64,000 nucleotides of DNA from Podarcis melisellensis (lineage: Eukaryota): NCBI GenBank assembly GCA_964234715.1, contig OZ174283.1. One strand, 5' to 3'. This document shows positions 24,829 through 37,682 of the stretch, piece by piece; position 1 is the first letter of the stretch, and each line of letters opens with the position of its first letter. A program made the position numbers and the translations under genes. The notes below the pieces were generated by a model that was given only the letters and a program-made list of their open reading frames with translations, was not told where the DNA came from and ran no database searches.

Positions 24829-26632
24829 CTGGAAGCACAAAAGATATACATTTTAAACTCATATTCACAGCCTGAGATAAAAGATGTTTGTATTATGCAT
24901 TTCAGAAAATGATAGACGAATTCATTTGTAGGCATTTTTGACAAAGTACAGAATCTCTAACAGCTTCTTCCATATAAGACTTGCTGTGACTGACAAAAGA
25001 TTGGATACTAATGACACATATCATGAGAATTTTTTTAAAAAGTTATAATTCTTACAGCATTTAATCATTGCATTCCCACCAACAAAGGCATGCCAGTTTG
25101 TTCTACACTGCAAACTGCCTTTGTACTCCATTTGTATTATTCAGTTTCCACTTTCAAGTGCTACTCAGTTAAAGCAACCATACAATGTAGAATAACCACA
25201 ATTCATGAACTAAGTAACAGGTCAACAAAATACATATATATTTAAATGCCTCTTGCACTCCCCTCTTGTATTTCCAATGTAATTTTATTTTCCCATTGAA
25301 CTTTGTCAATATAAAACTAGGTGTATGTGTGGAAATGGTTTAAAAGTACATGACAGTATTTTTATAGAACAGTATACCAAAGAAGTCAGACTAGCTAACA
25401 AAGACTTCTTTACAGAGCAGTTTATTTTATTTACAGTTTTGCTGCTAGGTGTACGCAAAACAAAAACACTCTCCTGCACGTACAACCAAAGAGATACTGA
25501 AGTCCAAGCATCATTTTATGAGCTCCAGCCATCTCTCTGAAGGCAACTGGAGCACCATGCTAATGAACATCTTACGCCAGGAAAAGTGGTTAATTGTTCA
25601 GCAAAGATGCAATTAATGCCTCTGGCAATTATGTGATCATAATTAGGTTTCAAAATTAACAGCCTATTAAGAAGATATATAGATGGATGGTAGAAAGAAA
25701 GCAGCAGTGACCTCTAACATGTCTTCCCACACCAGCGAGAAGCAAAGCAGCAGGAGGCTCAGCTACAGCCAAGGCTGCAGGCAGTATGGAGTAAAAAAAC
25801 CCACACACATTGCTGACTGGAAGAAGCTAAGTGTCGATGCCATCCCACCTATGCCTTTAAATGAGTGATGACTATATACATGCTTGAGAGAAGGGCCATC
25901 GTCCACTTCTAACAGAGTGCACAATAGAGAAGAGTCATGTCCCTTCCCCCCCAACGAGTGTGGGTTTATTCTGCAAGCTGTCATTCACACAATAACAGTG
26001 CATCAGTGGTGGAGTTATACAGGACTACCTACACATCATTTAGTTTTATTACTTGTTATGCAATGCATCCCCAGTGTTTTCACATTATTGGCGTCTGGAG
26101 AAGCACTAAAACACAACAAAAGCAGGAAAGACACACAGAGAACATTTGTGGATTCCAGCAGGACATAATGGGACATGCACTGATGAAGCAGCATGTCCAC
26201 ACTGAGTATTTTGCAGGCGCAAACTGCATTTTTAAATTGTTTTCACAGAATACAGAAGGAGTACAAGGTAAATAAGCAAGAAGGAGGAAACAAGCCCCCT
26301 CTGCACAACCTCCACACCCACCCACCTCAGAAAGGTCAGCCATCAATGAAATAAAAGATTAAAAATCAACCCAGAGTACTTTCCCACATGCAACCATGGG
26401 AGCCAGGCAGACAAAAATCATGTTTCTTCATAGTCACATAAGCTATCAAGCTTCACCAAGTTAAATAAACTTTCCCAGTCTGCAGAGCACCATTTTGTGT
26501 GTGTTATACTTTCTATCAAGGCCAAGTTCCTTATCTGGGTAGTCCATTCCATCATTAAATTGCCTGTATATGGGATAACTGATTTAACTTGTGATTAAAT
26601 TGCCTGCTAATGTACTCCAGTGTTTGGCTATA

Positions 26633-26858
26633 CAGTGGTACCTCGCAAGACGAAATTAATTCGTTCTGCGAGCTTTTTCGTCTTGCGAAGCACGGATTCC
26701 CATAGGAATGCATTGAAAATCAAACTTGCAAGACGTTTTCGTCTTGCAAAGCAAGCCCATAGGGAAATTCGTCTTGCGAAGCAACTCAAAAAATGAAAAA
26801 CTCTTTCGTCTTGCGAGTTTTTCGTCTTACGAGGCATTCGTCTTGCGAGGTACCACTG
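26633..26858. mobile_element. Tc1/mariner MITE, family B
   Basis: TA|CAGTGGTACCTCGCAAGACGAA...TTCGTCTTGCGAGGTACCACTG|TA. Confidence 0.9.
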
Positions 26859-27634
26859 TAGTTAGTTGGGCAACCACAATTAGGAACATGGTAATATAAG
26901 CCTTTATGGTTCTATGACAGCCTTAATACCTGTGTGTAAAGGTGGAAATAATACCATGGTTCACATCAGGATACTCAAATTTTGTTGACATTTGAATAAG
27001 GCAACTGCAGGTCTGATATTTTACAAAGTAACAATAAAAAGGTCAATGATATGACAAAGGAGGGTCATACCAGACAATTTCCAAAAGCCCACATTTTTCT
27101 ATTAGTGCTACAATTGGCACTAGAGCTGATCCAGCATCAACGATGCAATGTTCTGCAGTGGAAGAGGGTAGTCTTGCTAAACGAGGATTCTGTTTGCACC
27201 AAAGCATATCTAATCAATTGTATGCTTTAGCACTGGAGAGGAGAAACAGCTTATGTAAACTATTTTAAACAGCAAAAAAAGTTCACAAAATGTCAGTGTG
27301 ATGCTATGGAAGCCAAGTTACTCATGCTGGTGTTTGCCAATTTTGTACAGGGGGAATACATGAAATTAGTAAACTTCTGATTTGCAGCAAATCCATTTGC
27401 CAATGCATCTGAACAGGAAGGCTGTGGCTTACGCTTGTCAAAGAAGACTGAAAGCCAGGATCAAAATGTAGTTTTGGTGCTTGGCTGCAACAGCAAATGA
27501 TGGTTAGCTGCAAGCCAGGAACGAAATAATTAAGCAGATCCGAAGGAAGGAGGAGAAAGTATACAAGCACAGGGCTCAATCCCTTAATGCCAAACTATGG
27601 TTTGTTGTTCTGTGATATGGTGAGTGCAGACGTT

Positions 27635-27638
<4 letters not shown>

Positions 27639-27674
<36 letters not shown>
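27639..27674. repeat. (TG)n microsatellite
   Basis: Direct observation. Confidence 0.95.
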
Positions 27675-27677
<3 letters not shown>

Positions 27678-27969
27678 TACAACTATGCTGATGGACTCCA
27701 AGGTAGCATTCACTAGATGACATAGACATGAGCAACTATGTTCTTCCCAACATTCACACCACTAACCTGAACATAAAAGAGGAGACCGGATAGATTAGAC
27801 CCTAGTCCAGCATTTGTTTCCATAGTAGCTAATGAAAGCAGGACATCAGCACAGTCAGTACATTACCACACACTCCTCCATTGTTGGACCCCAGCAACTG
27901 GTATTCAGCTGCACGCTGCCTTTGATCCAGGATGCCATCAGGACTAGTAGCCACTGAGAGACAAATTCA

Positions 27970-28100
27970 TGGGGGCTAAGGCCTGATGTCTTCCAGATGT
28001 TTTGAACTACAACTCCTATCAGTCACAGGCAGCATAGCCAGCAGTCAGGGATGTTAAGTGTCATTCAGAAACATCTGGAGGACTAATAGTTCTGTACCTC
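27970..28100. mobile_element. Degenerate palindromic hAT-type MITE
   Basis: TCCAGATGTTTTGAACTACAACTCC...AAACATCTGGAG; related to 39825 and 56880. Confidence 0.6.
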
Positions 28101-28477
28101 TTGTTTAGTGCCCTGTGTGAAGTACTTCTTTTTGTCTGCCCTGAATCTAACATCTCTCCACTTCATTGAATGACCCTGGGTTCTAGAATAATGAGAGGGA
28201 GGAAAACCTCTCTAGTCACTTTCCAATACCATGCAAAATCTGAATTCGGTCAACTGAGATGGGTGGGGAAGTTACATCTTTTTCAGATCAAAGTGTATCA
28301 GTTTGAATTCTAGGGTCATACGCTTACAGTATCCTGAGGAAAGATGCCCAGTTCCCCTGCAACAATTGAACAACTGTGTTCATTACACAAAATGTCATAT
28401 TTCTTCTGTAACTATCTTTGACAGCACGATTCTGTGCATATCTACTCAAAATTAAGCCCAACTAAGTTCAATAGAAA

Positions 28478-28838
28478 GGGACGCAGGTGTAGCTGTGGTC
28501 TAAACCACAGAGCCTAGGGCTTGCCAATCAGAAAGTCAGCAGTTCGAATCCCCGCAACAGGGTGAGCTCCTGTTGCTCTGTCCCAGCTCCTGCCAACCTA
28601 GCAGTTCGAAAGCACGTCAAAGTGCAAGTAGATAAATAGGTACCACCCCGGCGGGAAGGTAAACGGTGTTTCCATGTGCTGCTCTGGTTAGCCAGAAGCG
28701 GTTTAGTCATGCTGGCCACATGACCCAGAAGCTGTCTGCAGACAAACACTGGCTCCCTCGGCCTATAGAGCGAGATGAGCGCCGCAACCCCAGAGTCGTC
28801 CATGACTGGACCGAAAGGTCAGGGGTACCTTTACCTTT
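28478..28838 (+). mobile_element. Sauria-type SINE
   Basis: tRNA-like head GGGACGCAGGTGTAGCTGTGGTCTAAACCACAGAGC...GTTCGAATCCC; ACCTTT tail; TSD TAAGT(T/C)CAATAG. Confidence 0.92.
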
Positions 28839-29835
28839 AAGTCCAATAGGTCATACTCTCTAGTACTTGTGTATAAGGTTGCAGCCTAAATCTACTGCAA
28901 GAGTGAAGGTGCACATAAAAATATTAATTAAATTTTATATTTTCATCCTAACATGTTTCAAGTGCAGAGACTTTTTCAAAGGACTCTTTCAAAAGGATGT
29001 GGATTTTAGTTGATAAACCACAAGCAGCTGGTTCACTTGGTGGTGAATATAAGAGTAAACTTGCTAGGTGATTTAAATATACAATTTAATGAAACCACCC
29101 ACAGTCTTGTGTGAAGTCTGTTGTTCAAGAACACTTAAAATCTGTTACAAACACACTACTGTCAAATCCTGCTAATTTAAAGAAGAAAAGCATGGTATGG
29201 TCACAAGAGCCCTTCTACTTCTTATCTTCTATCCTTGCAAACAACAACCAAGGGGGTCAAATAAAGTACCCACACCCACATAAAGCACATATACAAGATC
29301 TTGAAAAAAAGATGCTTGAGAAACATCTTTTCTGACAACACACAGTGCAGTTGAAATATGAACAAATGTAAGAGAGTGCAACTGTCACTTCACTACAGGT
29401 TTATTTATAACCATATACAGTATGCAAGATCTCAAAGTGGCATGTAATTTTTATTATTTTTGCCAAATTAGTTTAGGGATACTTGAGGAACTTGATCTTT
29501 ACAAATTCAACTAGAAATTGCACCTCCTATACATCAAACTTGGCTATCCACTGTATTTCCCACTTCCCAAATGTTCTAGTACAGTTCTCAGCTAAAAGAA
29601 AATCAGAACAGATTAAAAACATACATATTTTGGTAGAAAATTAACGTAGAAATGTACTTCAAGGTGCAATTTTGTGCATGAGATTAATGCAGAAACAAGA
29701 TAGAATGGACTTCTGGGTGAATACATGAGAAAGTGACATAAACCAGAGAAAAATTGGTTTCTCCAATCCTAACTTTGTTCTGAGACTTTTGCAATTCATA
29801 TCTATAAGATAATTTAGAGATTCTCAAATTTAAAA

Positions 29836-29889
29836 AAAGCAAGCAAGCAAGCAAGCAAGCAAACAAACAAACAAACAAACAAACAAACA
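29836..29889. repeat. Compound (AAGC)n(AAAC)n microsatellite
   Basis: Direct observation. Confidence 0.9.
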
Positions 29890-32627
29890 GAAAATACATC
29901 ACTATAAAGCAACTAAATTATTTCAACCATTTCAAGTATGTGCATAACCTACAACTGAACACTAAGGTGCAGACAGCACCTTTGGCTAAATTTTGCATCC
30001 ATAATTTTACATTTTTAAAGAAATAGCACCCAGGAGAGGTTGCGAAAGAAAATCTTCTACGCCAAGGTTAGGTTCTATTTCCAGCAACATGGCAGGTAAT
30101 TTAATTATCCCCAGAACAAATAGTAGTACACATTGACACCATCATCACAACTTTTATTTACATGAATGCTTCAGCTACCAGCTTTAGCTGTTTCTGAACT
30201 GCAAGCATCTCTGTTGTTAAGATACTACAGTAATTCTGCAATCCAACTCCAGAAGTCTAGGCAATTTCTGGTATGTCTTAGGTCCCTATCAATTGTAACA
30301 CTACAAATGGAATTCCACAGGAAAAGTCTACATTTCATTAGATCCATAGGAGAAAGGAGATTTAAATGCTAATGAAAGACATAGGTGTGCATTATTTTTG
30401 TTTTTATTCATCTTTCACTACTCATATCTTAAGTAAAAATTATGAAGCAAAAGATTTTGATAAAGTTTTTGACATCATAAAATATTTCTAATGAAGAAAG
30501 CTATGCCTTGTTTTACAAGAAAACACAACCAAAATTCTCGTTGACAGCAAGTAAAAGTAAAATAAGTAAAATTAAAAAAAGATGAAGGGAAAAAATACTA
30601 AATACTGGCAACACTCCAGCCTTTATAAACAAAGAGATGAATGTCTACTTACATGCTGTTCCCCATGCCAATGGATTTCATGCAAGAAGGTGGCATCACA
30701 AGGGGGGAATCTCAAAAAGTCCTAACTAGGCAGGCAATCTAAGCAGCCAGAATAGTGGAGAAGGAAGCCTTTTGAACCAGAATGCTTTGACCACTTTGGA
30801 CCCAACCTTCAGCAGACTTAAGACCTGAGTGCATTGTTCTACCAGACCTTTCCACCTCTTCTTAGCTAAAGTGATAAATCCTGTAGGGTCAGAGACACAC
30901 GTGGTGGCCACATCTCACACAATAGGCCCTCTTACTCCTAATCAAGTTGATGCAGCTGGACACTGAGCATGTTGTGATTATTGGCAAAATGCATGCCTGG
31001 GCTGGGAGCTGGCAGCCGTAAGGGGAGAACTGCAAGAATGGATTGACACCTTGTTGGAAAGTGTATAGCACTTTATTGTAGCGTGCCTGGTGTTGTTTTG
31101 TAACTTCACACAGCTACAGAGGGCTGGATGAATAAATGGCATGTACCCTTGACCTCCAGACTTTGCACTTCTCTACAGTCATCTTCCATTGCATGCAAAC
31201 ATAGGATTGGATCATGCCCATTAACCTGCATATACATTAGCATGTTTGCAAGTGCAAATGGAGGTAGTGGTGGGGATACAGTATCTCTATTATCTGGGGA
31301 TGCTGTATCTGGAGAGATGCTAATGTTTTCTTCCACATTTATTATTTAACCAGCCCCCGGACCACTTTAATGATGATCACCAAGAAACCAGAATTGCTGT
31401 TCTGTGCTACTTAGTACTCCAGATAAACATCTCTACAAGAATGGGACATTTCTTTTACATAATTCATTTGACACCTTGCAAATAATTTGTGTACTAACAG
31501 TAATGTCTTTGTACAAACACTGAACAGATTTTTTTTAAACACTAAAATCAGTCCATGTAGCCTGAGCTACAAATATTACTCTAGCCATCTACTTTTATTA
31601 TTTACCTAGTTACTTTTTCAAACATTTTGGATTTAAACCTTCAGCTTCCATACAATTTTTCCACATGGCACTTCTTAAAAAATGCATTGAAAAAATAAGT
31701 CAAATTTGTGTTTTTCCTTCCAACTCTCCTACCCTTCTGAAATATGATTTCTTGTCAGTGCAAAAAATCAAATACACTTTGACTGGAGGGATCAATCAGC
31801 AACTAGCTTCACCAATACACAACATTACAAAGTGCAAAGTAGCAAAATACATTTTAAAAGCACCACTTCTGTAGTATACAGCTGAATAAATTAAAGAAGA
31901 TAAAAGAAAACTTGACACCTCCCCCCAAAATAAAATTGCAATTAAAAAAATTCTACTGGAAAATAAACACAGTAGGGTAAATTATTACAGAGCAATCAAA
32001 TATATGTCTTCTCAGTAAGTTCAATTGGATTTACTCTCAGGTAAGTGTATATAGGATTGCTGTCTCAAATACCACAAAATACCTAAAATGTTCAACTAGC
32101 ATAATGTTATGGCAAAATATTATTTTAATTTTACCATAAATGCAACCCCAGTCATATATTCTCTACAGTATGACACCCAGCCTTTTTTCGGCTAGACTGG
32201 TTCAAACAGCCTCAAAAACTAACCTTAAATATTACTCTGTTTCTGCCTCATGTTCAGAACACAAGTAGTAATTTCCAGAAAAAAATAGGTCAAGGTAACA
32301 CATTAGAATGCAGAACATACCTAGAGATTACAGCTAAAATATCTGCCTCCTAGTTCCATCAACCCTTCTTCACAGAGCCTTGAAAATGTAGCTGCTACAG
32401 AATGCAAATTCCATCTCCAGCCTCTTTAGAAATACTTTTGATACAGGTTTCCAGTACCAGTGAAAGAAACATTATATATACACTGCAAAATAGTTAGAAT
32501 TCCAGTTCCTTGGCTGCACCATGGTTAAGTATTTTTACAGCACCACAGTGGAAGGTGTACCCCCTCCCCCATTTTATGCATATAAAAATAGGGCACAACT
32601 AATTTCTCACAATAAGGAAGTAACAAC

Positions 32628-33010
32628 CTGCATGAACTGCTGTCAGATACATTTTCTTCTTCACTAGCTCCATCTTCAGCATATGGTCTTTCAAGCCAAT
32701 GTGCACCTTCACAGTCCTCTGCGGTGATCTCAAATGTAGGCACTTCAGAGCTGGATGCCATTGGCCAAGAAGGTGAATTCTGGAAAGCCTGTTGGTTGGA
32801 CTTCGGAAAACCAATTGATGTAAAAGGCAGTGGTAGGGTGCCCGGGTTCAGGAACTTTATCCCACCAGTAGTTGCATTATGTCCTCTGTCCCAGAAGTCT
32901 CCTGGCTGGCAGTCGATGCTAGGTTTAGGAGTAGATTGCTGGTGCCCAAACCACCTCCATCTGATTTTTAAAATCTGCTTCACGTCGAACTCTTTACGAG
33001 AGCCAGACAT
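32628..33010 (-). CDS. KLHL5: KLHL5 coding exon 1 (MSGSRKEFDVKQILKIRWRWFGHQ...SDSSSCR), 383 nt coding
   Basis: N-terminus matches vertebrate KLHL5 as recalled; donor CAG|GTTGTT at 32628, phase 2. Exon probably begins near acceptor AAACAG|G at 33111. Confidence 0.95.
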
Positions 33011-33026
33011 CTTCAGTGAGAGCAAG

Positions 33027-33104
33027 TTATCGTCTAGGCAACAGGGCAAGCAGCAATGCACATAAAGAAGATTTGTTCATCCAACCAGGACAAGAGAAAC
33101 ACAT
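33027..33104 (-). promoter_or_regulatory. Upstream ORFs in KLHL5 5' UTR
   Basis: ATG 33104 (ACCATGT) and ATG 33080 share a frame ending at TAA 33029-33027. ATG 33063 opens MCIAACPVA* ending at 33034. All are out of frame with the main ATG. Confidence 0.55.
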
Positions 33105-35802
33105 GGTCTGCCTGTTTATGAGTAGATGGTTGTCACTCCCCCTTTTCCTCCTTTTGAAAGAATACTATTACATTCAAATATGGAGCACAGAATTTTGTAG
33201 GAAGCCCTCTTATCTTAATAATTAGAAGGGGTAATTAAAAAGAAAACGAACAGAGAAGGCTGAATTGCTACTTTCATCAGGAAGGACACTAATCAGCTGC
33301 ATTAAAGCATCTACTGCCTTTTCTCTCGCTTGTCTCCTCATCCTCTTACCATTAACTCCTGCCAGCACTAACAGCTTGTATAAAAGCACTTTCAGAGACT
33401 GCCCACAAGCTCTTTTTCCTAAACCACAAATGACTAAGATCACAATTCCTATGCTCTCTCAGAGGCTCTGTTACTTATCCTGTTAACCCTTTCCTTTACA
33501 AATATTGGGGTGGGGGGGGGGAGAGAAGTGGGAGAAAGAACTGAATCACCACCATGATTTCAAAACCCACTAAAATATTCTGCTTCAGTTAATGACCACA
33601 CATATGTAAGAGTCATTCCAATACAGGGTAAACTGGACATGGAACAATTCCAAAATTGGTTTCTATTGTGTCTTTCTCCATTATAAAATATTGATGTAAC
33701 TTTTTAAAAAAGAGAATAGATGGCTAATGAACTGCAGGCTTTCCCCTATCAGTTATTTTAAGCACACAAGACGGCTGTCTTTAGAAGGGACAAGCCTTCC
33801 CCCCCAATGACATGAACAAACAGGAACACAAATCTGACAAAACAAATATGAGTGGAGAGGCACGATTTTTGAGCCTGGGGTTACACACTTGGTGGGGGCC
33901 AACCTAGTCAACCCATAGGTATGCCTCTGTGGACAATTTCCCACCCCACATCACTGGTGTCTCGGAACTAGCAAGTACCCAGGTTCTCTGACTAAACCCT
34001 TTTCCATGTTTGAGTGTACAGCTTACTATAGACAGCAACTTCCAAACACTTATTTGGACAGAGTATGTTAACATATATGCATAGTCTATTATTTTCAGAG
34101 TAACTAAGTAATATGGATGTGGCCCAACAGTGCTTTTTCTCAGCAACGTAATTCAAGCATGGCTCCTGCTTCATCCCCCCTCCCTTGGTTTCTTCCTTTC
34201 AATTATTGAATGTTGTCTAAAAGAAGAAAAAGCAAAGCAAATATAATAAAACATGAACAAAAACTTTTCTGACTACTACAAGCCATGAGGATTTGCCCTT
34301 TTATGAATGGGGGGCAAAAAATTGCTCATCTTTTGCTTGTGCTTATTTCAGCTTGAATCAGCATTTCCCGTCAAGTTTATATACTTGTGAAAATACAACT
34401 CCACAAGCACTGCCTTTCAGAGGAAGGTCACTGCAGATTTCTCTCCCCCAAACTATGGCTGGTAACATTACATTTTTACCTCAGTGACAGAGTCATTTCA
34501 CACATGGCAGACAATTCAGCTAATCTCAGGCCAAGGGCTTCCAGTTCCTTCAGCAGTCCTGCATCACATAAGCAGCCTTAATCAGTATATGCTACGCTCA
34601 GCCTTTGGGTCAGCTGGTCCTCTTCAACTGATACTGTCTGAATTTTTGCGATACCGCAGCTAATACATATTTACTAGCATTCTAGAAACCTAGACCATTA
34701 TGCAGGCATAACAGCTCTAAAACATTATTTACATTGTCTGAACCTTCTGTAAGAACTGTAACTTACAAATTTTTAGAACATGCAATTGCAAACAATCACA
34801 CCGTAGGCCAACCCCAACCTCTCTCACCACCAAGGAACACAAGTGAACAACACAAGCACGCTGACACCAAACTCTACATACATTAAGCATAATAGAAACA
34901 CCACTACCCGACCCCACCCCCATCCATCTCCCCTCCCTCCACCCCCTTTCTTTTTTTTCTTTTTTTTTCTTCTCCCCCTAATGCCTCAACAAATGAAACG
35001 GATTTGTAAAAATGTTACATGGAGGGGGAAAAAATACGAGGCATTACACTTACACTGTAAAACAAGAAAACCTTTAATAAATTTTTTTTTTAAAAAAAAA
35101 GAACATGCAATTGCACTGAAAATTAGAAAAGATAACCAATTAGAGATTCAGCAACCCCAGGTATGCTTTGGCTAGATTCAAATAGGTGGGTTGATTTTTC
35201 TGAAGAATTTATACCCCCTCTAATTGTTTCCACACATGCAAAATTGTTGAAACAGAGTATTGACTTCTATTAACATTAAATTTGCATGGGCTAAAAAAGC
35301 AGGGATTTTCCATATTGCACTGGGTTTCTAAATTGATTAAATTAGAGCTGCCAACCAAGTGCTCTACTTTTGCTCAGCACATGCTGTTTTAAAAGATAAG
35401 ACAGCAGAACAACTTGCAATGTAATTAATCATCATTTCTCAACATATGTGGCTCCTGAATAATAAGCAGACTGAAAAAAGGCTTTGCATCAAAGCAGAAT
35501 CCTAAATTTGACAGGAAGTATGGAGTTTAATGATAAAAACTCACATAGTCAATGCAACGTATTTTAAGAGTGTGAGGCCTGATTCATACAACCAATTTTA
35601 AAACGATGTGCAAAACTGCCCTCATACAATCATTATGAGCTGTTGTTAAAAATCTAGCACAAGTTGTGCGAGATGGATGGATAGAAGGATTAAAGGTTGA
35701 TGAAGGTTTATTCATATATGCCGGTACCATCCAACTCATGGTGAACAGCTGAGAAGAGATTCACAAAACCTCACATCCCCAACAGTGGTTACCTATATAA
35801 GA

Positions 35803-36215
35803 AGGGATGTGGGTGGCGCTGTGGTCTAAATCACTGAGCCTCTTGGGCTTGCCGATCAGAAGGTTGGCAGTTCGAATCCGCACAATGGGGTGAGCTCCTG
35901 TTGCTCTGTCCCAGCTCCTGCCTACCTAGCAGTTCGAAAACACGCTAGTGCAAGTAGGTAGTGCAAGTCTGGTTTCTATCACAGTGTTCTGTTACGCCAG
36001 AAGCTGTTTAGTGGCAGGAAGGTAAATGGCGTTTCCATGTGCTCTGGTTTCTATCACAGTGTTCTGTTACGCCAGAAGCTGTTTAGTCATGCTGGCCATA
36101 TGACCCGGAAAGCTGTCTGTGGACAAACGCTTACTCCCTCGGCCTGAAAGCGAGATGAGCGCCGCAACCTCACAGTCGCCTTTGACTGGACTTAACCATC
36201 CAGGGGTCCTTTACC
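35803..36215 (+). mobile_element. Sauria-type SINE with internal duplication
   Basis: Head GGGATGTGGGTGGCGCTGTGGTCTAAA; tail CCTTTACCT; TSD CTATATAAG; ~45-bp segment present twice (~35968 and ~36043). Confidence 0.9.
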
Positions 36216-36628
36216 TATCTATATAAGCCCTACCTCCTCTACAAAAAAACAATTATCAGTAGTCCCTAGCTTGACTGCAAGTTATAATCAGTATTTTCAA
36301 TTGAGCCTTTGATTCCCCCCCCCCTCATTTATTCTACTTAAGATGTTTATATAAAATTACTGGTAGCATTGTTTTGGGGGTGTCTTTACATGGTAAAATA
36401 CAATTTAACACACAATGGCCCATTCACATAGCACAGTAAGCCAAACAATGGCTTACCAGGACAGTGTGAATGTGCGGGATCCTGGAGAGGAATGCACAGA
36501 CACTTTGCTCTTCCCAATCTTTTTTTACTTCTGCAGCACACTTACCTAAGCTTAGGTTTAGCTGAGCAGGTCACCTGTGGTTAAGGTCTTTCCTCACTAA
36601 CTGCAAGGAAGTTCATGTGAATCTCACT

Positions 36629-36989
36629 AAAGGTAAAGGTACCCCTGACTATTAGGTCCAGTCGCGGACAACTCTGGGGTTGCGTGCTCATCTCGCTCTA
36701 TAGGCCGAGAGAGCCGGCGTTTGTCCGCAGACAGCTTCCAGGTCATGTGGCCAGCATGACTAAGCCGCTTCTGGCAAAACCAGAGCGGCACACGGAAACG
36801 CCATTTACCTTCCCACCAGAGCAGTACCTATTTATCTACTTGCACTTTGACGTGCTTTTGAACTGCTAGGTTGGCAGTAGCTGGGACCGAGCAACGGGAG
36901 CTCACCCCGTCGCAGGGATTCAAACCGCCGACCTTCTGATTGGCAAGCCCTAGGCTCTGTGGTTTAGATCACAGCGCCACCTGCGTCCC
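36629..36989 (-). mobile_element. Sauria-type SINE
   Basis: Full-length reverse copy; TSD CTCACTAA. Confidence 0.92.
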
Positions 36990-37430
36990 CTCACTAATTC
37001 CCCCAATTAAGAAAGGTTAGAATGACATTTCTAGGAACCATCAGGTCCAATGCAGTTATGCTTGTGTATCCAGTAAATTTCCCCCAAGAAACAGGTTTGT
37101 TGACACACTTGTAAAATACAGGCATTCTTCTTGAAGAAGCCACCTCCCCCCCATGCAAAATAACTGGCATTGAGAGCTAATCCACACAGTCACTTCTGAT
37201 TCTGGCTGTCAATTCATGGCAACCTTGACCACTCCACTAAAATGAAATTCCCAAAGCTTGGTGTGTTTGGTGAGTGTCCATTTCTCATAAAAACATATGC
37301 ATTCTGGGCTCAAGTTCCAACTCTCCAAAAAGTTGGATTAAAATAAGAGTTTCACTTTGACAGTTCATAGGCTATGACAAACTGTGGTTTGGTATCCCTC
37401 CCTCCTTCCCACATGTGCAACTGTTTCTTC

Positions 37431-37682
37431 CATGGGTAGACAAACCAAGGCCCAGGGGGCCGGATCCGGCCCAATCGCCTTCTAAATCCAGCCTGTGGTT
37501 GGTCCAGGAATCAGCGTGTTTTTACATGAGTAGAATGTGCCCTTTTATTTAAAATGCATCTCTGGGTTATTTGTGGGGCATAGGAATTCATTCATCCCCC
37601 CCAAAAAAATATAGTCTGGCCCCCCCACAAGGTCTAAGGGACAGTTGACCAACCCCCTGCTGAAAAAGTTTGCTGACCCTTG
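37431..37682. mobile_element. hAT/Charlie-like MITE
   Basis: CATGGGTAGACAAAC...GGGCCGGATCCGGCCC...AAGTTTGCTGACCCTTG termini. Confidence 0.7.

Noticed and set aside
33011-33061. N-terminal extension MHCCLPCC... of KLHL5 shown in the ORF track
   Set aside because: The first codon at 33061-33059 is GTG, not ATG; no in-frame ATG lies in this segment upstream of 33010.
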